Positions 9,702 through 19,560 of a stretch of 31,232 bases of DNA are shown here, one piece after another (position 1 is the stretch's first letter; each line of letters opens with the position of its first letter). Origin of the DNA: Promethearchaeota archaeon. Its GTDB lineage: Archaea > Asgardarchaeota > Lokiarchaeia > Sigyniarchaeales > SOKP01. Where the stretch lies: the NCBI GenBank assembly GCA_018238625.1, contig JABCSY010000048.1:1-31232 (forward strand), in the 5' to 3' direction. Position numbers and translations under genes: made by a program. The notes under the pieces are model-generated. The model had not been told where the DNA came from, searched no databases, and saw only the letters and a program-made list of their open reading frames with translations.

Positions 9702-10121
9702 ATGTCAGAACAAGAATTAAGGAGCCAAATAGCGGATAAAGAAGATGAGATTACTCGCGTCGAAGAAGAAGCCTCAAAAAAGGAAGCCTCTGCGGAAAAA
9801 GAGATTGAAGTTGATTTTGACGATAAAATAAACGATACCAAATCAAAGCTCGAGGTAGGGGAAGTCGATTTAAAAGAAGCTACGGAAAAATCCAAAGAAT
9901 GGACAAAGAAAATGAATAAATTAACCGTAGAAGTAGCATCATTAAAGAAAAAGCTCGATAATTTGGTTAAAGGAAAAGCTAAAGCGCTAAATAAGAAGCT
10001 AGACAATATTCTCAAAACCAAAAAGAGCAAAATAAAAGCGTTTGAAGCAGAGATTAAAACATTGAGGAAAAAAGTTGAAAAGCTAGAAATCGAACAATTA
10101 AAGAACCAAACTAGCGAATAA
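9702..10121 (+). CDS. Hypothetical coiled-coil protein
   Basis: 139-aa K/E-rich heptad-like ORF followed by a T-tract. Confidence 0.75.
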   Translation: MSEQELRSQIADKEDEITRVEEEASKKEASAEKEIEVDFDDKINDTKSKLEVGEVDLKEATEKSKEWTKKMNKLTVEVASLKKKLDNLVKGKAKALNKKLDNILKTKKSKIKAFEAEIKTLRKKVEKLEIEQLKNQTSE

Positions 10122-10182
10122 ATTTGCTTTTTTATTATCTTTTATTTTTTATATTTTGTCCATGTTAAAAATAGCTTCAAAG

Positions 10183-10326
10183 TTAAAGATTTAGAGGGAG
10201 TTTCTGGCCTTCCCCATTAAGTAAATCTTTAGATATCTCTGATTGGATTTTTATCTCGTCGTATAACCAGCTTAGCAATCTCATTTTTGCGTTATAAATC
10301 TCTAAATTCTCTTCGAATATTTCCAT
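10183..10326 (-). CDS. Putative 47-aa small protein (not in ORF track)
   Basis: MEIFEENLEIYNAKMRLLSWLYDEIKIQSEISKDLLNGEGQKLPLNL*; AGGA upstream of the ATG; occupies an otherwise empty gap, co-oriented with the adjacent minus-strand genes. Confidence 0.5.
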   Translation of the reverse strand: MEIFEENLEIYNAKMRLLSWLYDEIKIQSEISKDLLNGEGQKLPLNL

Positions 10327-10411
10327 CTAATTGAATTGGTCCTAAATATTTATTTTAATAATATCTACAGACGCATTATGCATAGATATTTAACAATCTA
10401 TTATATAGATA

Positions 10412-11338
10412 TTATCGTTCAACTTGATCTGCTAATTCATCGAAAGATGGAATTTTAATTTCAGTAATATTTATTTTTTCTAGCCTTGAGCGTATTCTTT
10501 TCTGAATTTTAGGAAGGTGTTTTTCATAGTAGTAAAGCGGGATTGCGAAATAACCTGTAGTAATGAGAGGAAGGAAAATTAATATGATTGGTGTAAAAAA
10601 CGCGGGATCTCCTGGCTGTAGTACAATTAGAACATACTTAAATGTATCAAAAATAAGTAAAAAATAACCAATAATAACTGAAAATCCCGTGTAAATTTCT
10701 AAAACATTAGAATACCATTTATGTACCCCTTCAATTAAGGGCGTTTTGCGTTGCTTTTTAAAAGAACGATAAACCATAAGTCCACTATCTTCTAAAAGCC
10801 AAGAGGGTACAAATAAGATAAGACTCAGTGCTGTAAAAAAGAAAGCACCAAAAAATATCCCCTCAGATATAGTCAAAGAAGTTGGATTGCTTGAAATGAT
10901 TCCAGCTCTAAAAATATAAGGATTAAAAGCACGTACAAATAAACCTGAGGTGCCAAATGCGAAAAAACTAACGATTAAAACTCTATAAAACAGATTTGCT
11001 GTTTTTAATTTAGTTCCTTTATCTAAAATACCATATTCTGGTTTAGTTCTGAATATAAACGTTATTTTATTTAGTTTGTAAAGAATGTGAACTAAATAAG
11101 GTGAAATATATATGTAAAACACACACACTACAAAAGGCAATAGATATAAAATAATAAGATCTGTGTAAATTGGTCCAGGAATTATCACTACAAACTCTGT
11201 TACATATTCATTAGGAATTAGACTTGCGGGTATTTCAGGGAGATGTAATTGATCTATAACATAGAGAACTTGAATTATAACATAAAGAAGGATTGAAGCT
11301 ATAAAGCTTACTAACATAAGTAATTTATTTTTTTCCAT
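10412..11338 (-). CDS. Hypothetical polytopic membrane protein (about 6 TM segments)
   Basis: Repeated hydrophobic stretches; charged motif PSWLLEDSGL between helices. Confidence 0.8.
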   Translation of the reverse strand: MEKNKLLMLVSFIASILLYVIIQVLYVIDQLHLPEIPASLIPNEYVTEFVVIIPGPIYTDLIILYLLPFVVCVFYIYISPYLVHILYKLNKITFIFRTKPEYGILDKGTKLKTANLFYRVLIVSFFAFGTSGLFVRAFNPYIFRAGIISSNPTSLTISEGIFFGAFFFTALSLILFVPSWLLEDSGLMVYRSFKKQRKTPLIEGVHKWYSNVLEIYTGFSVIIGYFLLIFDTFKYVLIVLQPGDPAFFTPIILIFLPLITTGYFAIPLYYYEKHLPKIQKRIRSRLEKINITEIKIPSFDELADQVER

Positions 11339-11382
11339 GGTTCTATATCTTAAGAGTTAATATTTTTGAGTATAATTGAGTT

Positions 11383-11796
11383 TTAATTATTTTTATATTT
11401 AGCTTCGATTTTTTCAAGGTCATACGCAACATTTTCAATTGGATCTCCATCAATTACTTTATCCAATCTCTCAATTAAATCCTTAGGAAACAGCTCGAGT
11501 TCTAAAACGCTTTCTCGAAAATCCTTCAACTTATCTGTAACCATGTAATCACTTGTACTTCTTTTCGCGTCAAACTCGTCCATCACAACCTTTGAAAATA
11601 AATCGATTATTTCGTTCATAATTTTATTTTTAAAGTCTTGAACTTCTATATTAACATCTGCAACCATGTGGTCGAATCTTTTATTAACTTCTTGAAGCTC
11701 TTCAGCTCTTTTTGCTTCTATCTCGTCAATTTTTGGTTGAAGTTTGCTCTTTTTAAGTTCTAATTCTTTAAGTTTAGATTTTAATTCTTCAATCAT
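11383..11796 (-). CDS. Hypothetical coiled-coil protein (likely start ATG 11796; ORF track extends to 11862)
   Basis: MIEELKSKLKELELKKSKLQPKIDEIE...; helical, charged composition. Confidence 0.75.
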   Translation of the reverse strand: MIEELKSKLKELELKKSKLQPKIDEIEAKRAEELQEVNKRFDHMVADVNIEVQDFKNKIMNEIIDLFSKVVMDEFDAKRSTSDYMVTDKLKDFRESVLELELFPKDLIERLDKVIDGDPIENVAYDLEKIEAKYKNN

Positions 11797-11924
11797 TATA
11801 TCATCTAAATAAAAAAGGTTGTTTAAAAATTTAATTAAAGCATCTTTATTGGTGTTAAACAAAGATTAAATTGTTGAAACAATTTTCTCACAAAAGATGT
11901 TCTATAATATAGTATTGATTAAAC

Positions 11925-12827
11925 ATGCCTAAGAAAATCGATATCCCCGAACCAGAAGAAAACCTTAAATTCATTGACGCTCATTGTCACTTACCATTCC
12001 CTCGTAAAAGAAACGATAGGTTGCCTTCTGATGAGCAACAGTATCAAGATTTCTTTAAAAACGGTGGTGCTTACATAATAACAAGCTCGATCGATAACAA
12101 AACTCTTGATTTAATTTTAAAATTTATTAAAGGAAAAGAAAGAATGGGTTTCACGTGTGGCTGGGCGCCTCAAACTGTTACTTATACTCCTAAAATCCAA
12201 TATGAAAGAGAATGGAAAAAATGGGTTGATTATATTGAAGGAAACCAAGAGAATTATTTAGCAATTGGAGAAATTGGTTTAGACTTTCACCATGCTAAGA
12301 CTCTTGAAAAGAGAAATAAACAGGTTACAGAACTAAAGAAAATTTTTGAACTGACTGTTAGTTATAATAAACCTTATGTTCTTCACGTTAGAAACGCTGC
12401 TGATCATGAGTTTGATAGGGGCAACCCCAAACATCGCTTTAATACAAGGGATGGCGCTACAAAAGAAATACTTAATATTATTAAGGAGTTTAATATTAGT
12501 CCAAAAAAAGTTATGTGGCACTGCTTTTCTGGGCCACAAGAGTATGGAATTTCTTTACCCAAGCAAGGTTATCTGCTTTCTGTTCCTAGCTCGGCGTATA
12601 GCATTAATAAATGGCGGAGTGTTACAAAAAATAGTCCATTAAATTCTCTACTTACGGAAACTGATAGTTATTACCAACATCCATATCTACGAGGACCCGT
12701 GAATGTACCGTTAAATGTCAAATATTCAATTGCCGCTCTTGCCTTTTCTCATAATGTAGCACAAAGTATCGTTAGTGAAAGAACAGTAGAAAATGCAATT
12801 AAGTTTTTCGACTTAAATATCGATTGA
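11925..12827 (+). CDS. tatD: TatD family hydrolase/nuclease
   Basis: DAHCH, AIGEIGLDF, VLHVR, WHCFSG and LTETDS metal-binding motifs. Confidence 0.9.
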   Translation: MPKKIDIPEPEENLKFIDAHCHLPFPRKRNDRLPSDEQQYQDFFKNGGAYIITSSIDNKTLDLILKFIKGKERMGFTCGWAPQTVTYTPKIQYEREWKKWVDYIEGNQENYLAIGEIGLDFHHAKTLEKRNKQVTELKKIFELTVSYNKPYVLHVRNAADHEFDRGNPKHRFNTRDGATKEILNIIKEFNISPKKVMWHCFSGPQEYGISLPKQGYLLSVPSSAYSINKWRSVTKNSPLNSLLTETDSYYQHPYLRGPVNVPLNVKYSIAALAFSHNVAQSIVSERTVENAIKFFDLNID

Positions 12828-12937
12828 TAATAGATCTATGGATAATAACAAAAATTAGTCTAAATTTTATTTAAATACTAACTAAAAAATCTAATCTTAA
12901 CCTATTAAAATAAAAATAAAAATACGATTGTGAAAAA

Positions 12938-14035
12938 ATGAGAAATTATAAAATCACTCTAATTGTTATATCTGCTCTTATTGTTGGTGGAGGCATTGGT
13001 TTTGTAGTCACTGGTATTACAACCGCAGGGAGTATCGACGATTCATTTAGTTTCCAATATGAACCAATCTCTCCCGACCCTATCGAAGATTTGAGTATCA
13101 ATGCTGATCTCGGAAAAATTATCGTTAAATATAACACTACCGCGACTCCTTATTTCGCAGAATTCGACGTTAATTTAAAAGTTGCGGGTTTATTCATGTC
13201 GGGTAAAACTTACTTAGATTTCTTTAATCCAAGTACTGAATGGTGGGCTGAATCATTTGGTGTATTCGATCTTGAGGTTTTACCTGATATTTGGTTTGAT
13301 CCTTCGTACTGGTTTAAATCATATGAAATTACAATAACAGTCACACTGAGGACAGATGTAATATATGATATTGACGCCACAACGGCTACTGGTGCGATAG
13401 AAATGTCTGTTCGAGATGGGGTTATCTTAAATGGCACCTCCCTTACTACGAGTACGGGTTCAGTTAAATTAACCACATTAGGTACAAACGTGTTCCAAGG
13501 GAAAGTTGGACTTCAGACTAGTACCGGGAGCGTCGATCTTTTTAGCAAAAATACTAATTTTACTCATGGGTTTCAAGCAGTTACATCAACAGGGTCTCTT
13601 CTATTAAACTTTACAAATTGCATTATGGGAGATGATCTAACTGGAATGGTCTCAACTGGGAGCGTGACATTCAAAAACTACAATATGTACTATTCTAAGG
13701 ATATTGATCTAAAGCTTCAAACCTCAACTGGTAGTATTGAGGCGGAGCTTTATCAATATATAAATATGGGCGCTAATGTCACTGGCAACATACATACATC
13801 AACAGGAAGTATAGATGTATTTTACAGAGATAGTTTAGCTAATACGGGCGTTAAATTTACAAGCTCGATCGGCGTAGGATCTATCAATTATACACCTCAT
13901 GCTACCATGGAGATAACAGGAGGATTAGGAAGTGTTTATTCTTCACTTAATTATGGAATAGCGACATATAAATATACATTCGCATTAGCATCATACACCG
14001 GTAGCGTTGATGTTGAAGGCCAGAGTGTTCAGTAA
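12938..14035 (+). CDS. Membrane-anchored DUF4097/adhesin-like beta-strand repeat protein
   Basis: N-terminal hydrophobic anchor and about nine xT[SA]TGS[VIL]-type repeats. Confidence 0.75.
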   Translation: MRNYKITLIVISALIVGGGIGFVVTGITTAGSIDDSFSFQYEPISPDPIEDLSINADLGKIIVKYNTTATPYFAEFDVNLKVAGLFMSGKTYLDFFNPSTEWWAESFGVFDLEVLPDIWFDPSYWFKSYEITITVTLRTDVIYDIDATTATGAIEMSVRDGVILNGTSLTTSTGSVKLTTLGTNVFQGKVGLQTSTGSVDLFSKNTNFTHGFQAVTSTGSLLLNFTNCIMGDDLTGMVSTGSVTFKNYNMYYSKDIDLKLQTSTGSIEAELYQYINMGANVTGNIHTSTGSIDVFYRDSLANTGVKFTSSIGVGSINYTPHATMEITGGLGSVYSSLNYGIATYKYTFALASYTGSVDVEGQSVQ

Positions 14036-14177
14036 TAAAAAATTAACTTAGAAATTCTGTAATTTTTTAATTATTTTTTTTATACTGTCAAAATCTAAGT
14101 TTAAAGAACTAATAATTATTTAATTCAAAAAATAGATAAAATAAAAAAAAATTGAAGAAAATATTTCCTTCATTTAT

Positions 14178-15026
14178 TTAAGGGAAAGTTAAAATAGTTA
14201 CTACAGGTAAGTGATCTGAGCCAAACTCAGCGGGAGTATCAATACCAGCTATGAAATCTGTTACAACATAGCTATCTATTACATCTTTATATCCCGTTGC
14301 AAAAATGTAATCGATCCACTCGTTAGGAATATCATATAAAAGATAACTTGGAAAAGTACGATGTTTGTCATAACCATCCATAGTGTCATTTAACGAGGCT
14401 CGGATAGTCTGAATTTGCGCAGTATTGTTTTCTAAGTTAAAATCTCCCATTAATATTTTAGGATTACCTGATGTAACCGCTTCCGTCTTAGAAAGTACAA
14501 AATCTACCTGAGCAGTCATGTCTTCACTCCAATTAATTAATCCTAGATGAGTCACAAACACATCCAAGTTAAGTGAGGAATCAATTTCAACAACTCCGTG
14601 GATTATAACCCGTTGAGAAGAAATACTGGGGACCATATAGCCAACTGTGGATTTAATAGGATATTTACTTAGTAGGGCGCATCCTCCTTGATGTTCGTTT
14701 TCTGATGGAAAATAGAAATAATGCATACCTAACCTATTCGATAACCATAGTGCCATATCAATTCCTTGAGTTGTAATCCTACCATTATCTACTTCTTGTA
14801 AACCAAGAATATCGGGATCCTCTGTCAAAATATTCTGTGCTATTCGTTCTAAGTTAAGTTTATCGTCGTATCCTTGTCCAAAATGTATGTTATATGTCAT
14901 GATCTTAAATTCTGTTTTTGAGGTTGGTGATTCTACCGGAAATTCACATATTCCATACATTAAGAAAGCGGTCATTAAAGGAGTGAAAAATAAAATTATT
15001 ATTATTATTCTATACGATTTCTTCAT
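14178..15026 (-). CDS. Endonuclease/exonuclease/phosphatase (EEP) family protein with N-terminal TM, CWH43/PGAP2IP C-terminal-domain-like
   Basis: MTYNIH, DILGLQEV, LLSKYPI, VTHLG, LMGDFN, IDYIF and SDHLPV motifs. Confidence 0.9.
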   Translation of the reverse strand: MKKSYRIIIIILFFTPLMTAFLMYGICEFPVESPTSKTEFKIMTYNIHFGQGYDDKLNLERIAQNILTEDPDILGLQEVDNGRITTQGIDMALWLSNRLGMHYFYFPSENEHQGGCALLSKYPIKSTVGYMVPSISSQRVIIHGVVEIDSSLNLDVFVTHLGLINWSEDMTAQVDFVLSKTEAVTSGNPKILMGDFNLENNTAQIQTIRASLNDTMDGYDKHRTFPSYLLYDIPNEWIDYIFATGYKDVIDSYVVTDFIAGIDTPAEFGSDHLPVVTILTFP

Positions 15027-16297
15027 CTTTTAGATCCCTCCTTTTTTGATTTAAGCACAATTGCTCCAAGACTTGAAATGGTGAATAAGATTCCTGCTGT
15101 TAGCATAACTATAGGACCTAAACCTTTGAATGCTTCTATTGTTCCTGCCCAGTCTGATGTAAAGATATGGAGTACATCAAAAATAACCATGAACGCAAAT
15201 CCAATAGTCAGTGCATTAGATATTGTTTTTACTTTCTCCCATTTAAAGCTAATTTTCATCATTCGAGATATGAGTAGATAGAAGTTTAAATACATGATAA
15301 TAAGAGATATTGAGATAAAAATACTTGCAACATAGGTTAAATCTTTAGGAAAGAAGAAAAACAAAATCAGCGATAAGATCATAAACGCATTTGAAATAAT
15401 CGAAAATCTAAGATCTGATAAAAATTCTATTTTTACGAACAGTATCACGCAGGTTGCCACCATTAAACAAATAATATTTAGGATGTTATTAAAGTAATAA
15501 CTAGTTGCGGTATATTGAGCGATAACATTTGGGTATAAGAAAAGGCTAAACTGTAAAAAGAAAAACATTCCAACTCCAATGAAGATCAACGAATTCAACG
15601 TTTTATACTCGGATTCTACAGGTTTTTCTGGTTTAATCTTACTAGAAAAGCGGGGAAAGTGTTTATAGGTCAAATATATACATAGTCCGCTTAAAGGAAT
15701 TTGAAAAATCAACCAAAAATATTGCGTTAAATTCCAATCTAAGATTAAACCAGGAGTTAAGAGAGATATATCGAGAGATAAGCCTAATGCCCGAATAAAA
15801 TAATCTATAAGAAACGCACTTAGGATTGTTAAGGTTATGAAAGTTATTTTATGATTCGACTTAATCTCATCGTTTTCTCTTAACCATAACGTACTGAAGG
15901 TGCTTATGTAAAAAGCGTAGAACGCGATAATCAAACCAACACAAATAGTTTCCACCTTGGACGGTAATTGAAAAGCTAATAATAATCTAAATATTACTAT
16001 AGCAAATATTGAAAATTTCATCAATTTATTTAACCCAATTTTTTTGCAGATCGTATTGGTTAACCCTGGTATAAAGAAAAATAATAAAGCTAAAAGAGTC
16101 ATCCCATTCACAAGAATGTCTTCTCCGAATACGACATGAGATACTGAGACATACACACCTGGTATAAAAGCTCGCAAAGCTTGTATAAAAAATAGGTTAA
16201 TAAAAATAGTTACAAAAGCAAGACCAATAATAGTTTTAGTGCCTAATTTTTCTTCTATTTCTGTCAACGAGAAATCGGATTTTAATTTAATTGCCAT
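15023..16297 (-). CDS. Polytopic membrane protein (about 11-12 TM), coupled to the EEP gene
   Basis: Highly hydrophobic 424-aa ORF; ATGA overlap with the EEP start and a GGAGG upstream of that start. Confidence 0.82.
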   Translation of the reverse strand: MAIKLKSDFSLTEIEEKLGTKTIIGLAFVTIFINLFFIQALRAFIPGVYVSVSHVVFGEDILVNGMTLLALLFFFIPGLTNTICKKIGLNKLMKFSIFAIVIFRLLLAFQLPSKVETICVGLIIAFYAFYISTFSTLWLRENDEIKSNHKITFITLTILSAFLIDYFIRALGLSLDISLLTPGLILDWNLTQYFWLIFQIPLSGLCIYLTYKHFPRFSSKIKPEKPVESEYKTLNSLIFIGVGMFFFLQFSLFLYPNVIAQYTATSYYFNNILNIICLMVATCVILFVKIEFLSDLRFSIISNAFMILSLILFFFFPKDLTYVASIFISISLIIMYLNFYLLISRMMKISFKWEKVKTISNALTIGFAFMVIFDVLHIFTSDWAGTIEAFKGLGPIVMLTAGILFTISSLGAIVLKSKKEGSKR

Positions 16298-16393
16298 TTT
16301 ATTCAGATTTTTTTTTAAATTGATTTATTTTTAAGATAGAGTAAATTGACTTATAATATTATTGGGTTTTTATATTTAATTTATATCTTACAA

Positions 16394-17224
16394 TTAAATT
16401 TCATAGATTTCAGGACGTCGGTCTTTAAGAGTAGTAGCCGCTCCACGCTTTCTTTTTTTGTGTAGAACCTTAAGATCTAATTCGCCAGTTATCACCATTT
16501 CTTCATTTGTTTTAGCTTCAGCAATTAAGCCATTAGGATTCCATGGAGTTTCGCATGGACTTAAAATTGACGATCTTCCCCATCCTTCCATTCCCTTATG
16601 CGGGGATTTTCCTACTAAACACGAATGAAGGACATAAATCTGATTTTCTATGGCTCGTGCTTGGCAACAATGCCTTACGCGCCAGAATCCAGCCTCGCCT
16701 ATAGTATAGGAGGGACAAAAAATTACGTCAGCCCCTTTTAAAGTTAACGTTCGAGCTACTTCTGGGAACTCCATCTCGTAACAGATAGCCAGACCAATGT
16801 TCGCTTTTTTAGTTTCGAAAATCTCTAAAGCGTTTCCAGGAGTCACCCCCATACTTGCTTCTAATGGAAAAAGATGCGTTTTTCGATGTATCAGTAATTT
16901 TCCATCGGGGCAAAATATATACCCTATATTATACTCCTTTCCATTTTCAATTGTTAAGTGCGAGCCCCCTACTATATATTGCCCTTTTTCTTTGGATAAA
17001 CGAGCGAAAAGGTTTCTATATTGCTCAGTGAACTCCGGTATTCTATTCAAATTGTTGTTTGGAATTAAATATTGAAGTTCTAAAGTTAAAGTCTCGGGAA
17101 ACACGACAAAATCTGAACCCTCTGCTTGGTTTAATAAATTTTCCACATTGTTAGCGAAATCTTCAAAACTATCAATTTGTTTATACGCAAATTGAACGCA
17201 CGATACCTTAATCATCTTTTTCAC
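16394..17224 (-). CDS. Carbon-nitrogen hydrolase (nitrilase superfamily)
   Basis: Glu-Lys-Cys triad in FPE, HRKTHLF and ICYEMEFPE; ARAIENQ; GRSSILSP. Confidence 0.92.
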   Translation of the reverse strand: MKKMIKVSCVQFAYKQIDSFEDFANNVENLLNQAEGSDFVVFPETLTLELQYLIPNNNLNRIPEFTEQYRNLFARLSKEKGQYIVGGSHLTIENGKEYNIGYIFCPDGKLLIHRKTHLFPLEASMGVTPGNALEIFETKKANIGLAICYEMEFPEVARTLTLKGADVIFCPSYTIGEAGFWRVRHCCQARAIENQIYVLHSCLVGKSPHKGMEGWGRSSILSPCETPWNPNGLIAEAKTNEEMVITGELDLKVLHKKRKRGAATTLKDRRPEIYEI

Positions 17225-17471
17225 TTTTTTTGTATTTATAATAGAGATTTTTTTCTTTCTTTTTAAATAAAAGATTAAATCTTCTTATAATATATTACAA
17301 TTTTTAAATATAATAGCTTCATTTTAGAAGATTTACTATGGCGATTATCACAATTAGCAAAAAATCATTAAATTCCGAAAGTAGTAAGTTTTATTATTGG
17401 GATAAGAATAATATACATTAACCAAAATTCAAGAGAAAAACCAAATTCAAAATATAAGAGATGAAAATCAA

Positions 17472-19409
17472 TTGGCTAAACAGTTAAAATTGTTCGAGTC
17501 CGATAAAAGTTCTGAATCCCCATCAAAAATCAAATCTGATCGAATAAAAGAACTTCAAGCACAGGTAGAATATCACCAGCATCTCTACTACAACTCGCAG
17601 CCAGAAATTAGCGACGAGGATTTCGATAAGCTTTGGGACAAGTTAAAGAAACTCGCTCCTAACAACGAAGTCTTTTTTAAAATAGGAACAGACCTCGATG
17701 CGAGCCTCGATAAAGTTCGCCACTTAATTCCTATGAACTCTCAAGCAAAGGTAACCTCTCACGCAGAGTTTTCAAAATGGGCGAGAAAGATAGGTTACTC
17801 TCAGTTTATTATTCAATTCAAGCTGGATGGTATAAGCGTAGAGCTTCAATATCTTAAAGGAAAGTTCCAATACGGAGTGACCCGCGGAGACGGTCTAATA
17901 GGAGACGATATTTCTCACAATGTAAGAAAAATGATTGCTTTCGTGCCAGAAGTTAACCCCGAATTTACGGGAGCGGTTAGAGGGGAGATAATTTTAACAA
18001 TGGATACCTTCCAGAAAAAATATCCCGACGCAAAAAATTGTAGAAATATGGCGAGCGGTATAACTAAAAGGAAAGACGGTAAAGGTAGCGAAGACCTAAC
18101 TATAATTGTTTACGACGCAATTAGTAAGAATCCAGACGATAGATTTAAAAACGAGTTAGAGAAGCTAAAATGGTTAAAGAACTATCAATTCGAAGTTGTC
18201 GACACTAATACGTTTAAAACCACGAAAGAAGTTGTCAATTATCGGGACGAAGTAATGGCGTCAATTCGAGACCGACTTAATTTTGACATTGACGGTTTGG
18301 TAATCAAGGGAAAAGAAATCGACTTGGAAGACATGAAAAGAGCGAGACCGACCAAGCAAATTGCGTTCAAGTTCGACCCCGAAGAAGTGGAATCTACGGT
18401 AATCGAAGTGGAATGGAGCGAGAGTGGACCAAATTACACGCCAATAGCCATAATCGAACCCACATCAATAGCCGGAACTACCGTTCAAAGAGCGAGCCTT
18501 GCCAACCCAAACTTAATAAAGGAATTGGACTTAAAGATCGGTTCGAAGGTTATAGTCTCTAAACGAGGCGATATCATACCCAAGATCGAGAGGGTTATTC
18601 AAAATCCTTCCAACGCTAAAAAGATCGAATTTCCTACTACATGCAACGCTTGTAAGACTCCTTTAATTAACGAAGGAACTCGATTATACTGTCCTAATAA
18701 AGATTGCTCGAAAAGAGCTTATCACAGGTTAACGAGGTGGATCAAAAGGCTCGGAGTAAAAAATTTCGGAGAATTGATCCTAAAACAATTGTTCGAATCG
18801 GGAAGAGTTCAAAACGTCTCAGATTTGTACGAATTGAAAGTTTCTGACCTTACGAAACTAGATCGAGTAGGCGAGAAATCGGCTCAGAAAGCCCTAGATA
18901 ACTTGTTTGCAGTAAAAGAAGTGTCTTTGTCAAAGTTTATCGGAGGATTCAACCTCGAAAACATAGGAGAAGCGCTCGTAGAAAAGGTCGTAAAAGCGGG
19001 ATACAACACACTAGAAAAAATTCACAAAACAACGGCACACGATTTGGCAAGAGTAGAATTATTTGGTGACATTACCGCCAATCAGTTTCATAAGGAGTTT
19101 CACGCTTTATATTTTGACATGCTTAAAACTTTAAAAACCAATAAAATTAATATAAGGAGTATAAAAATGGGAAGCAACAAATTTGATGGACTTACCTTCT
19201 GCTTTACGGGAAAGCTCGAAACCATGACCCGAAACGAAGCGAACCAGTTGGTAACGGAAAACGGCGGCACTCCAAAAAGCGGAGTTGTAAAAGACCTATC
19301 GTTTCTGGTCACCAATAGCAACGAGCCAACGAGCAAATACGTAAAAGCTCAAGGGCAAGGGTCGAAGATCATTACCGAAGACGAGTTCATCGCCATGATT
19401 AACGAATAG
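17472..19409 (+). CDS. ligA: NAD-dependent DNA ligase
   Basis: YYNSQPEISDEDFD (domain Ia), KLDG adenylation motif, TRGDG, VRGE, RNMASG, DGLVIK, IAFKF, OB fold (RGDIIP), C4 zinc finger, HhH repeats and C-terminal BRCT (FCFTGKL). Confidence 0.96.
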   Translation: MAKQLKLFESDKSSESPSKIKSDRIKELQAQVEYHQHLYYNSQPEISDEDFDKLWDKLKKLAPNNEVFFKIGTDLDASLDKVRHLIPMNSQAKVTSHAEFSKWARKIGYSQFIIQFKLDGISVELQYLKGKFQYGVTRGDGLIGDDISHNVRKMIAFVPEVNPEFTGAVRGEIILTMDTFQKKYPDAKNCRNMASGITKRKDGKGSEDLTIIVYDAISKNPDDRFKNELEKLKWLKNYQFEVVDTNTFKTTKEVVNYRDEVMASIRDRLNFDIDGLVIKGKEIDLEDMKRARPTKQIAFKFDPEEVESTVIEVEWSESGPNYTPIAIIEPTSIAGTTVQRASLANPNLIKELDLKIGSKVIVSKRGDIIPKIERVIQNPSNAKKIEFPTTCNACKTPLINEGTRLYCPNKDCSKRAYHRLTRWIKRLGVKNFGELILKQLFESGRVQNVSDLYELKVSDLTKLDRVGEKSAQKALDNLFAVKEVSLSKFIGGFNLENIGEALVEKVVKAGYNTLEKIHKTTAHDLARVELFGDITANQFHKEFHALYFDMLKTLKTNKINIRSIKMGSNKFDGLTFCFTGKLETMTRNEANQLVTENGGTPKSGVVKDLSFLVTNSNEPTSKYVKAQGQGSKIITEDEFIAMINE

Positions 19410-19431
19410 AATCTAAAAGAACTTGAAGATT

Positions 19432-19483
19432 AAAAAATAAGGAAAATTGATAATTCCATTTATTTTTACCTCTCAATTTTAAT
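19432..19483. repeat. Direct repeat A: copy of 20499-20550 (stop codon and downstream region of the Fe-S gene)
   Basis: 49/52 identical by manual alignment; the first 38 bp are perfect (AAAAAATAAGGAAAATTGATAATTCCATTTATTTTTAC). Confidence 0.92.
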
Positions 19484-19560
19484 ATTACTATAGTAAATTT
19501 ACTTAAGCAGAAAATATTAAATAGTAGTAAATCTAAAACAAAATCAATAGTTATATATAA

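Noticed and set aside
17420-17450. Imperfect direct repeat AACCAAA(A)TTCAA upstream of ligA as a regulator site
   Set aside because: Short and A-rich in an AT-rich region; not seen upstream of other genes in the window.
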